DNA from: Malacoraja senta
Lineage: Eukaryota
DNA: 64,000 nt
Direction: 5' to 3'
NCBI GenBank assembly: GCA_038087875.1
Contig: CM075990.1
Span: forward strand, 11,906,001 to 11,970,000
Shown here: piece by piece, positions 37,563 to 50,047 of the stretch
Layout of the letters: the number at the start of each line of letters is the position of its first letter
Numbering within the stretch: the stretch's first letter is position 1
Notes under the pieces: generated by a model
What the model saw: only the letters and a program-made list of their open reading frames with translations
The model's database searches: none
What the model was told of the DNA's origin: nothing
Program-made: the position numbers and the translations under genes

Positions 37563-37789
37563 AATTTCTGCCAAGGTTCGTGTGCTGTCGTCACTGTTCA
37601 TCATGCTGGTTATATTCTGCATCACCACAGTGGTGGTGAAAGTGGACACCTCTACGTGGACGTATGGGTTCTTTGGTCTGACCATGTGCTGTGTGGCCAT
37701 TGTCAGCGGAGCTTCCAATGTCTTTCTGGGCAGTGTGTTTGGCGAGGTTGGAAGATTTCCCATGAAGAATGCACAGGCTTTGATTTCAG
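37563..37789 (+). CDS. SLC29A3: SLC29A3 coding exon 3 (227 nt)
   Basis: cttccctgttag acceptor and GTGAGC donor. Encodes ISAKVRVLSSL...VKVDTSTWTYGFF...FPMKNAQALIS(G), matching ENT3 VKVDTSSWTRGFF...FPMRNSQALISG. Confidence 0.95.
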
Positions 37790-38419
37790 GTGAGCTATAT
37801 CAACCAAAGACAGGTCATTCAGCCTACTGAGTTCCATATTGATGCTGATAATAGACAATAGGTGCAGTAGGCCATTCGACCCTTTGATCCAGCCCTGCCA
37901 TTCAATGTGATCATGGCTGATCATCCCCAATCAGTACCCCGTTCCTGCCTTCTCCCCATATCTCCTGGCTCTGCTATCTTTAAGAGCCCTATCTAGCTCA
38001 TGCTGATCTGATACTCCCAACAATTCTGCATTTTCTCATCTTGCCCTATCAGCCCATCTATTCTTTCTACCATCCAATTAATCAACTTGCATGACGGCAT
38101 CAATGGATTTTGTTCGTTCCTGGTATAGCAGGCTCCAACTGTTGCTGCTCGAGCTATGGAATATTCCATTGAATTTGTTATTTGATCCATTACCAACTTG
38201 GAACAATCCAGCAAACCAGGCGACCATTTATCTTATTGAAGCTCTTGTAAATAAGTCTAGTTAATCCAACTCCATTCTTTACTTGTGTTTGGCATTAAGC
38301 AATGTTATACAATGTTGCTGATTATTGGCATGTTGCCATTATTTCTCTTTGCCTATTTGTGTGGTCTTGCCAGCTGAGCATCCCCCTCACTAGAAGCAAA
38401 GTAGCCACTTGGCCACCAA

Positions 38420-38729
38420 GCACTGTGGCACAGCGGTAGATTTGCTGCCATACAGCTCTTGCAGCGCTCGAGACCCGGGTTCGATCCCGACTACAGGCGC
38501 TGCCTATACGGAGCTTGTACGTTTTCCCCGTGACCGCGCGGGTTTTCTCCGAGATCTTCGGTTTCCTCCCACACTCCAAAGACGTACAGGTATGTAGGTT
38601 AATTGGCTTGGTGTCTGTGTAAATTGTCCCTAGTGTGTGTTGGGTCGTGTTAATGTGCGGGGATTGTTGGGCGGTGTGGACTCGGTGGGCCGAAGGGCCT
38701 GTTTCCACGCTGTATCTCTAAACTAAACT
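38420..38729 (+). mobile_element. tRNA-derived SINE (HE1/V-SINE-like), intronic
   Basis: Full-length copy of the same family. Confidence 0.85.
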
Positions 38730-39244
38730 CTCCTGCGACATTAACCTTGTCAGGGATATTCTCCGTTCTTCGAATCATTATACCCCCAATTTCAATGGTA
38801 CTGAAACCCATCTTTTTTTTGTTCCAACTCTCCCAGTTCTGCTGAAGGGATTCAAACCTGAAGCATGGACTGTTTCTCCTGCCACCGACGCTGTTTGACC
38901 ACTGTGTGTTTCCAGCGCTTCCGATTTCAAATTCAAAATTTTAGCATCAGCCAAATTTTTGTTTTAACTTTCGTTTGCACTAATGTGGTTGCCTATTCAC
39001 TGCTGTCCCCCATCAGGGGACATTGAAGGAAGTCAAGAGTGTTTTATTGTCATATGTCCCAGATAGAACAATGAAGAACACATAGTACATTGTAAATAAT
39101 ATAATAAATGAGAAAGAAAAGGGCATTAAATGACAGCATCTTATTAATATCTATATCCCAAGAATAAATATTTTTTTTAACTTTTTTTCATAATGAATCA
39201 TTGCTAGTGGCTCATGTTCACTTTTCTCCTTGTTTCCGGTGTAG

Positions 39245-39407
39245 GACAAGCCATGGGTGGTACGATCAGTGCAGTAGCTTCAATCGTTGACCTGGCCGCT
39301 GCTAGCTCTATTGAGGACAGTGCACTGGCCTATTTTATTACTGCTGATATCTTCATCGTCATCTGCATTGTCATCTACTTGCTGCTCCCCAAAATCCCAT
39401 ATTCCAA
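39245..39407 (+). CDS. SLC29A3: SLC29A3 coding exon 4 (163 nt)
   Basis: Acceptor gtag ends at 39244; donor GTAAGC at 39408. Encodes GQAMGGTISAVASIVDLAAASSIEDSALAYF, matching ENT3 [21 protein letters not shown]. Confidence 0.95.
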
Positions 39408-42094
39408 GTAAGCATGTTTTTTTTTTCCTCTTCATCTTTCTTTTAGAAGCTGAAATCTCCGTTTCATCTGTTTGCTGCTCAACTTAATAATTCCAATGGG
39501 AGAGGTATATTTGCTTATACTTAAATACAAGACTGAAATATTGTTGGTGCTCCAGGTTCAGAGCAGAGTCTTACTCTGTGGGAGTATATTCGGCCCATCT
39601 ACTCAGCCAGATCATGGCTGATCTCTCTTTTCCTCTCGACCCCATTCTCCTGCCTTCTCCATAACCCATGTTACCCGTGCTAATCAAGAATCTATCTATC
39701 TCTGCTGTAAAAATATCCATTGGCCTCCACGGCCTTCTGTGGCAATGAATTCCACAGATTTACCACCCTCTGACTATAGAGAGTTTGCCTCATCTCCTTC
39801 CCAAAGGACCATCCTTTTATTCTGAGGCTGTGCTCTCTGGTCCCAGACTCTCCCACTAGTGGAAACATCCTCTCCACGTCCAGTCTATACAGCCAGTCAA
39901 CGGCTTCAGCACCTTTCATCGATCAAGTGCCTTGAATATAGCAAACTATTCCAATAATATTACCAGAGCATTGCAATAGCATAGTGTTTGATTTGGTAGA
40001 TTATCAGCAAGAGTTATTGATCCTTAGACCAGAGTTCAAATCACAGCATGGCATTTGGGAAATTAAATTCAAGTAATTAAACAGATTTGTAATTTTGAAA
40101 AAATAATAATGACAGTAATGCTGATAATGAAATTGATGATTAAAAACATGTTTGCAAACTTGTATTCTTTAGGAAAATAATCTTCTCTGACGTGACTTCA
40201 AATCCTCGGACGTAGTTATCTTCTCAGCTCAAGGGTAATTAGGGATGGATAATAAGTGCCACTAATGTCCATAAATGTGAAATAATTTTAAGCCATTGAC
40301 CCCCAGGCATAGTACATAATCAATGGCCAAAATCTTAGTCCGAGTCTTCAACTATGAGGATTGTAGAGAGCAAAAAGGTGTAGGGTTCCTACAAAAAAGT
40401 GTCTGAAGTAGGGTCTCGACCTGAAACATCACCCATTCCTTCTCTCCAGAGATGCTGCCTGTCCCGCTGAGTTACTGCAGCATTTTGTGTCTATCTTTGG
40501 TTTAAACCAGCATCTGCAGTTCCTTCATGCACAGAAGGGTGTAGGCTTTGATCGATTCTAATATCTTGAGTATATTTGCATTTAAATACACCATCACAGT
40601 GTCTCACTGGAACCAAAGAGGGCTGCAGTATTGGAGTGGTTTTGGAGCTGGGGAGAGGCGAGATCCCAAGAGAAATTTGAGAATTTAAATGTGGTACTTA
40701 ATTAATCTATTTTTATTGGCGGATTACTGATGCGTACAGGTTTTGGGGCAATGATGTCCACATGTAAATCCACAACAGAGATGTGCTCAGAGAATGTTGA
40801 CATTCATTAGACAGATCCACTTGAAGAGATTGGGATATGCCACATTGTTGCAGTGAGCTCGATGTGGGCAAAGTATTCTATTTATCTGCACTGACATCCT
40901 CTACATTGATTTTGCTTTTTCCTCCAGCATAATTAAAATTCAGACAGTCCCACTAATGGCTAATAAATGTAAGTTATAATCCTGCCAACAGTTGCGCTGT
41001 TGTCACTGGAGATGAATGAGACTAATGAGGAATAAAATGTTCGCAATCTCCCCCAACTTGTAAATCGGTTTTGACGCTTGCACTTCACACACTTTGAGTA
41101 TGGTTCAAGTTAATCCTCTCAAAGCACGAGTGTGCTTTAATTGCAACTTGACAAGTCGTGCCACACTGCACTTTCCTATTTTTGCTCACCTGGAATGGAT
41201 ATTTACCTTGAGAATCCATATAGACTAAAATGGATTGGAGCTTTCACTATCAGTTGTAAATGTTGTTTGCCAGCCGTTCGTTCCACCCAAGGCTCTGTTT
41301 TTCTGTTGCCGACTGGCAATGTTGCCCTTCTGATAAATAAACCATTGAGCCGCTACTTGTAATTACATAGACCGTTTCATGTCTAAAAATTACTAAAGAG
41401 GTAGAAACAAGGAATTGTAGGTGCTGGGCTACAAAACAGACACAAAGTGCTTGGGTAACTCAGCGGGTCAGGCATCATCTCTGGAGAGCATGGATAGGTG
41501 ACATTTCGGGTTGGGACCCTTCTTCAGAACGAAGGAAAATAACTGAAGATGCTTCACTCGTGTAATGGTGACCAAAATGTGGCCCTGCCTTGTGAGGTAT
41601 CGGGGCAGAAGACAAGGTTAAATTGATTTTAATGTGCATTTCAAGAGAGGAAAGATCTCAGGAGAAAGGAATGGGTGACATATCAGGTCGAGACCCTTCT
41701 TCAGACTGAAGTAGGGTCTTGACCCGAAACGTCATCCATTCCTTCTATCCAGAGATGCTGCCTGTCGTGCTGAGTTACTTCAGTCTTCTTCAGACTGAAG
41801 AAGGGTCTTGACCCGAAACGTCACCCATTCCTTCTATCCAGAGATGCTGCCTGTCCTGCTGAGTTACTCCAGCTTTTTGTCTACCTTCACTTTTATTTCT
41901 TATCTTCTGTATCCTGTGTCCATGCTTCCCTAGTTGATGATTCACCAGTCAATGCAAACAACCCAATGGCATCTACCCAATTGCATGTCTGAATGACATC
42001 ACCTAAAGATGATAGGAATATACGTGCTTAATAACTGTGAGACTGAATAAGTTACTTAGAGTGTTAACTATTTTTTTTAATTTTGAATTCTCAG

Positions 42095-42767
42095 CTACTA
42101 TTTGAGGAATCTGAATGAGAGACCACAGCATCTCGGAGATGAGAATAACAGCGTGCAGGGAAGTGAAACCAACTTGTTTAACGGGTCAGTCAGGAGTGAG
42201 TCCTTAGCCAGTGATGCCACTGCAATTTCTCAATTGAAATCAATCCTCACAAAGACTGCATCCCTGGGCTTCAGTGTGTTCTACACCTTCTTCATTTCCA
42301 TTATTATCTTCCCTTCCATCTCTTCCAACATCGAGTCAACTTCGAATGTAGTCAGTGTGTGGACCACCAAGTACTTTGTACCCATGGTTAGCTTCCTCTT
42401 GTATAACTTTGCGGACTGGTCTGGTCGTCAGGTAACTGCTTGGATCCAAATCCCTGGACCAAAGAGCAGACTTCTCCCCATCCTGGTGCTGCTACGGACA
42501 TTGTTCTTGCCTTTGTTCATCTTCTGTAATTACCAGCCCCGAAAACACTTGCACATAGTATCCTTTGCCCACGATATTTATCCTGCTATCTTCATCGTAG
42601 TTTTGGGCTTCACCAATGGATACTTGGGAACTCTGCCGATGATTTATGGACCAAGGATCGTGTCCAAGGAATTGTCTGAGCACACGGGAATCGTGATGTC
42701 TTTCTTCCTTGCGCTGGGTCTGGCTGCTGGCTCTGCCTTCTCAGTCCTCGTGGTTCATCTGATTTAG
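42095..42767 (+). CDS. SLC29A3: SLC29A3 last coding exon, ending at TAG
   Basis: ttctcag acceptor. Encodes ...KTASLGF...[23 protein letters not shown]...CNYQPR...LVVHLI*, the ENT3 C-terminus. The spliced CDS is 255+83+227+163+673 = 1401 nt = 466 aa plus stop. Confidence 0.96.
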
Positions 42768-42914
42768 CAGAGACTTTGGGTGGAAATTCCCCATCGTTAA
42801 ATGCCAAATTATTTCCGATGTGGGCCACCCCAAGGTTGGAACTTCACCTTTTGGAAAAGGTACTTATGCTAACTAATAATGAATAGTTGTTTTCAATGGA
42901 TGGAACTTTTTTCT

Positions 42915-43335
42915 TTTTCTTTTTAAACTACCTTCGATGAGCTCTCCAGTGCCTCCCTGACCGCTTTAAGACAATGAAGTAACCTTGTAGCATCGGAAAC
43001 CCAGCAGTCATTTTTGTACTAAAATCACCTACAACAGCAAGGCGATTCTGACCAGTAAATGTGTTCAGGTGAAATTAAGTTTGGGTTGAACATTGCACAA
43101 GACCGTGGGGGAAAGCTGCCTTGATTTCAAAATAATGCCTCAAGATCTGCAGTCACTTGAAAGCTGACAAGCCCTCGGATTCATCTCAAATCGGAGGAAG
43201 ACGGACCGTCAAGGCGTTCGCCACTCCACGAGTACTATACTGACACCACAGCCTGGAGTTTTGTACTCAAGTCCTGGGATTGAGACATGGACCCTTAACC
43301 TTCTGATTCAGGAGTGTCTTCCCCATTCAACTACG
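42915..43335 (-). mobile_element. Old DeuSINE (SacSINE1-like) relic in the putative 3' UTR
   Basis: The reverse complement resembles the Deu-domain SINE consensus (gacttgagtacaaaa..ggctg..agtact..gagtg..gatcttgaggcattattttgaa..ttgctgttgt..tacttcattg..aaagcg). Related relics at about 1400-1620(-), 51555-51700 and 52985-53110. Confidence 0.5.
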
Positions 43336-43592
43336 GCTGACTGGGTCAAATCATGCGCAGGAAGGAACTGCAGATGCTGGTTTAAACCGAAGATAGACAA
43401 AAAAAGCTGGAGTAGCTCAGCGGGACAGGCAGCATTTGTGGAGAGAAGGAATGGGTGACATTTCGGGTCGAGACCCTTGTTCAAATCATGTGTTGGCTGT
43501 GTTCATTGTACTGATCAAGTAGTAAATAGTCCTTCATCAACTTTAATGCAGCATCTTTCCAGTCTGAGATAAAGGGAGAGCTTGTTTTTATG

Positions 43593-44002
43593 TAGACAAA
43601 AGTGCTGGAGAAACTCAGCGGGTGCGGCAGCATCTATGGATCAAAGGAAATAGGCAACGTTTCGGGCCGAAACCCTTCTTCAGACTGATGTAGGGTGGTG
43701 GGAGGGCGGGAAGAAGAAAGGAGAAAGGAAGAGGAGGAGCCAGAGGGCTGAGGGAGAGCTGAGAAGGGGAGGAGACAGCAAGGGCTACCGGAAATTGGAG
43801 GCCAATGTTCATGCCGCTAGGGTGCAGACTGCCCAAGCGGAATATGAGGTGCTGCTCCTCCAATTTCCGGTGGTGCTCACTCTGGCTATGGAGGAGGCCC
43901 AGGACAGAAAGGTCGGATTCGGAATGGGAGGGGGAGTTGAAGTGCTGAGTCACAGGGAGATCAGGTTGGTTAATGCGGACCGAGCGGAGGTGTTCGGCGA
44001 AA
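43593..44002 (-). mobile_element. Penelope-like element 3' fragment (second subfamily) in the putative SLC29A3 3' UTR
   Basis: The minus-strand ORF gives QHFNSPSHSESDLSVLGLLH..RKLEEQHLIFRLGSLHPSGMNI, followed by CTGAAGAAGGGTTTCGGCCCGAAACGTT. Confidence 0.85.
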
Positions 44003-44510
44003 TGTTTTCAGTACTGTGTTCAACCCTCAGATTGCTCTAAATTGTAGATAATTGGTCTTGATTGTTCCTTTGGCCCCTGTCTCTCTGGGACACTACTCCC
44101 TCTCGCCGTGAGGTGAGGCAGCAATGTTAAGTGCAGATGGAACTCTGAGCTGGAAACTAGGTTCTGCCTTCAGTCTTAGAGAAGAGACTTCCATTCCACA
44201 ACCACAAACTGAATATGTGCAAAAGGGTGTCCGTGCAAAGTATTTTAAATGCTGTAGCATACTTCATCACACACCAACCGGTTTTTGTTTGACTGCATGC
44301 CATGATCCCAAACAGTGGTACGGTGAAACGAAAAATGCCACTAAATGTAAACATTTTTTAAAATATTGTTTAATCTTGGAACACAAAAGATCTGTTGTCA
44401 AATGATCTTCATGATCCAAGAAACTCCTTTTTCTGAAGGAGGTCAGCCTCCAATTGAAAAATGTTCAGATATTTTAGAAGAGTATTGTGGAAGAGAATTT
44501 TTTAGATCTT

Positions 44511-44998
44511 TTTTTTTTTTTTTTTTTTTTTTATTTTTTTATTTTTTAGAAGTACGGTAGATTACAGTAATGTACAACACGTATATATTAATACATTTTT
44601 TGTACCGCTTCACTTTTTTAAACTTTAAGAAAGAAAAAGAAAGAAGTAAGAAAAGTGAAGAAAGTGCACAAAGGTTGTGAAGTGCAAAAGAGTGTTGGGA
44701 AAAGAAAGCCCCTTAGAAAAGAAGTTAGAGAAGGAAGTAAAGTTAGAAAATAGACCCTAGAAAAAAAAAGAGAAAGAAAGAAGGAACAATCGCTCTATTA
44801 TAATTCTTATACCATACTTCATAGAGAAGGAACTACCAACCAAGTCTGTTTTTATTTTACCTCCCATTACCAGGTCCAGATACCTTTTATTTATTTATTT
44901 GTTTTTCTAAATTACTATTGCACCTCATGCTTGTAATAGGTCCAAAAACGTAGACCACGTCTTTTGAAATTGATCTACTTTGCCTACTAGGAGGAATC
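44511..44998 (-). mobile_element. 5'-truncated L1-clade insertion with poly(A) tail and 15-bp TSD
   Basis: Poly(T) on the + strand; perfect direct repeat aattttttagatctt at 44496-44510 and 44999-45013. The minus strand begins FLLVGKVDQFQKTWSTFLDLLQA*, like an L1 ORF2 C-terminus. Confidence 0.8.
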
Positions 44999-45185
44999 AA
45001 TTTTTTAGATCTTAAGTTGTTACAAGTCACCTCTATTTTTCACAGCGTGGTTTGTACGTTGATCAGAAACAGTTGTGAAAATAATTAAAACCAGCGTGTT
45101 TTAACATTTTTATTAATTTGTATTGTGTAAATCTACACATTTTCTAAGCATTTCCCAGAAAATATCACAAAGGAGTAAGCTGGCA

Positions 45186-45191
45186 AATAAA
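45186..45191 (+). terminator. Candidate SLC29A3 polyadenylation signal
   Basis: First AATAAA I could find after the stop codon (ATTAAA also at 45084), followed by T/GT-rich sequence. Implies a 3' UTR of about 2.4 kb. Confidence 0.4.
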
Positions 45192-45519
45192 ATGTGGACC
45201 CATTTTTAACTTGAGTTAATGTTGGAGAGTTTTTGTTTCCGGGGGCATTTTGAAAATGGTTAAGCATTTGAAACCCAACCATCGATGGTAAGGACACACA
45301 AGTTCATGGTGGTGAATGGGCAGCGTTTGGCTTAATGGAAGAAGGGCTTTCATTACACACAAACTGATAAATGTTTGGAATAGATGATGGCAGTGGGGAA
45401 AACACTCAGCTCAAGAGCTTGTGATAGTGTGATGGGTCACTGCATTTTGTGAATGGATTGGGGACGATGGAGTGTCATCGTGTTCAGTGTCATCGCACAC
45501 CTCCATGTCTCCATCAACT

Positions 45520-45930
45520 CAACAGCCAAAACCCTCTCATTTGCCTTGGTTACCTCAGGATGTCTATTCCAATACAATCCTGGCTGCCCCCTTTCATTCC
45601 AGCGATAAAATTGAAGTAATCTGGGACCCCGCCATCAATGTCCTAGCTCTCCATGAGTCCTTTCGTCCATCATCCATGTGCTTGCCAAAGAAATGCCAGC
45701 TCCCAGTTCAGCGATGCTTTGAATTTTTCATCCTCATTTTCAAACTCCTTTGTGGCCTTGAATGCCCTCCACCAACACCACAATCCTCGGCAGTTCCCGA
45801 CCCTTGCACTTCCCCGAATGATCGGGCCATCACCCAAGGCATGAAACTCCCTGCCTCCCTAACACTCGCTCCCCAAAGGTGCATCTTCACACGTGCCTGT
45901 TTGACCATGCTTTTGCTATCTATACTTATC
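45520..45930 (+). mobile_element. Old L2-clade LINE fragment
   Basis: Degenerate match to the L2 ORF2 C-terminal pattern (gccttggttacctcagg..tattccaat..ctggctg..; ttcatcctcattttcaaa..; tttgaccatgcttttg). Confidence 0.5.
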
Positions 45931-46689
45931 CTGCCCGTTGTTGCTGGAGTTGAAGTGTATTTGTCGATGCTCTTTTGAAGTACCTTGGCGTCATCACCAA
46001 AGATGGCGTTGCTCTTTTGCTGGTACACATCGTAGCTCTTCAGGTTTGTGATGCTACACGCCCACGACTTTTTCCCTTTTACAAATATTCGGGCCATATA
46101 GCAAAATAGAAAGGCTGCATCACAAAGAAATGAACCAGTAATCCTGTCTCCAATAAATAACATTTGCCCTGTGGGTTAGTGGGATCCTTCCATTTACGTC
46201 AAGTGCGGATGTATGATTGACCATCACTTACACCTTAAGCTACAGGTGCTGCATTGGAAATACCGGCCTGCAGGTAAGTGTCCTGAACACCGGGTGACAT
46301 GGTGGCGTAACGGTAGAGTTGCTGCCTTGCAGCTCCATGTCCGGTCTTGACTACAGGTGCTTGTCTTAAGGCGTTTGTACGTTCTCCCCGTGACCTGCGT
46401 GGGTTTTCCCCAGGTGCTCCGGTTTACTCCCACACTCCCAACGACGTACAGGTTCGTGAGTTAATTGGCTTGGTATAATTGTAAATTGTCCCTGGTGTGT
46501 GTAGGATAGTGTTAATGTGCGGGGGATCGCTGGTTGGTGCGGACTCGGTGGGCCGAAGGGCCTTTTTCTGCGCTGTATCTCTAAACTAAACCTGAGGGGT
46601 CGGGTGGTTTGGCGCAAAGGAAGGGAATGTCCGTGACGGGGTGGGTAAGTGAGGTCCACTTGGTCACCCAGTCTTTCAGTGCCAATTAT

Positions 46690-47086
46690 TTATTTTATTT
46701 TATTTATTTTTTATTTTTTATTTATTAGAAGTACATTACATTACAACCAATTACATTAGTACTCGTCACGTATACCTTATTACAATTAATGTACTCCGTC
46801 ATTTTTTACACTAATAAAGGGAAAGGATGAGATTGAGAGAAAGGATGAGATTGAAGGAAAAAAGTGAAAGTGTAAAAAACGTGACAACAAAAAAGAACAA
46901 AGACCCTATAAGAAAGAAATTAAAAAAAAAAGAATTAAGATATAGACCCTAAAAAAAAAGAAAAAAGAGAAAAACAAATACTTTGTTGTAAGAATCACGC
47001 AAATGGGACATACCAACTCTCCAGCTTTCATCCCCCCTTACCTGACCTCAGTTTTATTTATTTTTTAAAGTACTTTTGCACCTCAG
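46690..47086 (-). mobile_element. L1-clade 3' UTR insertion with A-rich tail and 12-bp TSD
   Basis: TSD agtgccaattat at 46678-46689 and 47087-47098. Shares tagaagtac, tagacccta and ttgcacctca blocks with 44511-44998. Confidence 0.75.
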
Positions 47087-49476
47087 AGTGCCAATTATGA
47101 GAGGGAAATAAACGCGTTTTAATGGTCATTGGTGTGGCTGGAGGAGAGTAAGTGGCGGAAGATGAATGAGGGCCGCTGCACGGCAACAGAAAAACACAAG
47201 TCTTGCTGGAAATATGAAATATACCAGATGAAGCTGGAATGGGCACAGAAAAACATCTCGAATACATTACCAGGACTCGAGAGATTGAGTTATAAGGATA
47301 TAGCTGGGGACATTTTTCCCTCGAGCATAAGAGATAGATTGAAGTATTCAAAATCATGAGAATAGATAAGGTAAATGGTCATAGTCTTTTTTCCCAGGAT
47401 AGAGAAGTCTAGCCGCAGAGGGCATTGGTTGAAGATGAAGATGAAGATGAGAGGGAAATTGTTTATAAGAGACCCAAGGGGCAATTTCTTTTTCTTTATG
47501 CAGTGGGTGACGTGTATATGGAATGAGCTGCCAGAGGAGGCTGTGGTGCTGGGTACGAGGGCAACATTTAGACATGCACGTAGATAGGAAATGTTACGAG
47601 GGTTTGGTCCAAATGTGACTAGCTCATCTATAAAATATGAATGGCAAGGATGAGTTGGGCCAATGAGTCTGTTCCCATGCTGCGTGACTCTGCGAATGCT
47701 GGAAATACTTGGGTCAACCAACCACCGCGGAGAGCGAAATGGATTATGCAACGTACTGGTGACTTTGTATTAGAGATCGCCATTTCTGACACAAACAGGA
47801 AAGGCTGGTTATCTGAAACTGTTGGATTCAATATTGAGTTTAATTTGGTTTTAAATTTGAACCATCTTAATTAGGAATCTGTAGCTCAACAAGTATAGAA
47901 TGGCATTGTGTGCTAGTTAGCCCAGATTGCCGAATACATCATTTAATATTTTGGTGATCCATTTAAAAAAGTAGAAGCAGGAAAACTCTTGCAGTGTCAA
48001 CATTCAATGAGATCATGGTTAATCTTTAACCTCAGTACCGTCTTCCGGTATTCATGACATATACTTTGATTCTTATAATATCCAAAAATCCATTGACTTC
48101 TGCTTGGATATGCTAAGTAACTGCACCTCCATCACTGTTTAAAATTGCCAAATAATTTTCCACTTGTACAACCTTGACACACTATTATTGTGCGATTTCT
48201 GGGTTTCATTCTGCCATGTCTGCAAATGTGGTTTTGGGGCTTTGCGTGATTTAAAGTGATTGATTAAGTCATCAGTAATCAGCTTCTTGCAGTTCCGCAT
48301 TGCTTCCTCTCAAGCGGTGCTTGTATTTCAGTTCCTCTTTGCCAACTGCACTCGCTTTTCCTGTAGAGAGTTGAGTTTTGGAAGCTTTTGCCCATTTCTG
48401 GATCGAACAATAATTTCGAGAGAGCAAATCGCTCTTGTTTATTGTCACGTGTACCGAGGTACAGTCTTCTTCTTGCGCATGGCGTGCACAGCGTAAAGTT
48501 GCAGATCAAGGGTGGACAGCATCAGTTACTGGGTGGATGGCTTTGATGCCCTCAGGGAAAAGCCTCAGTGGGCAGTCATTCGCGATGTGCGGGATTGTCT
48601 GGTCTGGATGTCCACAGTTGCGAGCAGGGCTGTCAGTCATCCACTAATGCAGGTAATGGGCTGTTCCTGCATGGAGGGGGCAGATTCTGTTGCCGTGCAG
48701 TGGGCTAAAATGCTCCACATTCCACCAGACATACTGTGTTTGTATAGCTGAATGAAATGGCTGTTGCAGTGGCACAGGGAAGAAGAAACGTCCGGTCTCC
48801 TCTTTGACTGGATAGTGCATGTCATAGTAGCAGAATTAGGCCATTCAGCCCACCAAGTCTGCTCCACCATTCAATCATGGCTGATCTTTCTTTCCCTCTC
48901 CGCCCCATTCTCCTGCCTTCTCCCCATAACCTTTGACACCCGTACTAATCAAGAACCTGTCAGTCTCCATTTAAAAAATACCCAATGACTTGGCCTCTAC
49001 AGCTAGCTGTGGCAATGAAACCAACAGATTCACCACCCTCTGGCCAAACAAATTCCTCATCTTTCCAAAAGTACATCCTTTAAATATGAGGCTGTACCCT
49101 CGGGTCCTGGACTCTCCCACTAGTAGAAACATCCTCTCCACATCAACTCCATCCAGGCATTTTACTATTCGGTAAATTTGATGACATCCCCCCCCATCCT
49201 TCTAAAACTCCAGTGAGTACAGGCCCAGAGCCATCAAACACTCATCATATGTAAACAAAAGCTTTTAACTGTACGATGGTACACGTGACAATAATAAACC
49301 AAATTAGTGCTGAACTATCATTAGAGAGAGGGCAATGGATAGATGTGTTACTGAGAAAATCCGCCAGACAGACGCCGCTGAACATGAAGAACTCCCATGT
49401 GGCTCTCAGAATGCCATTGTATCAGTCGGTATTGGCAAAAGTTGTTCCATGCAGTTGGTGCCAATGATAGAACATC

Positions 49477-50047
49477 ATAACCATAATTCATAATCATAAT
49501 AGTAATTATTAGCCAAGTGTGTTTTGCAACATACGAGGAATTTGGTTTGCCACACAGTCAACCAAAAAAGCAACAAGACACACAACTACATAAGAATTTG
49601 ACATAAACATCCACCACAGCGACTCCTTCCCATTCCCCACTGCGATGTAAGGCAATAAAGTCTTATCTTCTCTCCTCCCTTTTCTCCCGTGGTCGGGGTA
49701 GTCGATCCATCCACAGTCGGGGCGATTGAAGCTCCCGCGTCGGGGCAGTCAAAGCTCCTGCGCTTGGAGCTCCCGAAGTCGGCCATTAACCAGGGACCGC
49801 CAGCTCCACGATGTTAGGCTGCAGCGCAGACGGAGATACGACACGGAGAAAGTCGCATCTCTGTCGAGGAAAGAGATTTTTTAAAGTTTCCCCCACCCCC
49901 CACCCCCCCCCCTCCCCACCCACCGCATAATACAAAACTAAAGATAAACTAAAACATACATTTTACAACAAACTAAAGACACAAAGAAGGAAAAAGGCAA
50001 AGACAGACCATTGGCGAGGCAGCCATCGTACAGTGCCCCCTGGTGGT
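49477..50047 (-). mobile_element. Unclassified non-coding retroelement, copy C
   Basis: Colinear with copy B; tail caaattcctcgtatg..acacttggctaataa..(ttatga)n. The same tail occurs at 503-580(-). Confidence 0.6.
50031..50047 (-). promoter_or_regulatory. CTCF-like motif
   Basis: The minus strand reads CCACCAGGGGGCAC, a near-consensus CTCF core. Confidence 0.4.

Noticed and set aside
45472..46163. Overlapping 168-aa (+) and 151-aa (-) ORFs
   Set aside because: No recognisable domain; they largely overlap an old L2-like fragment.
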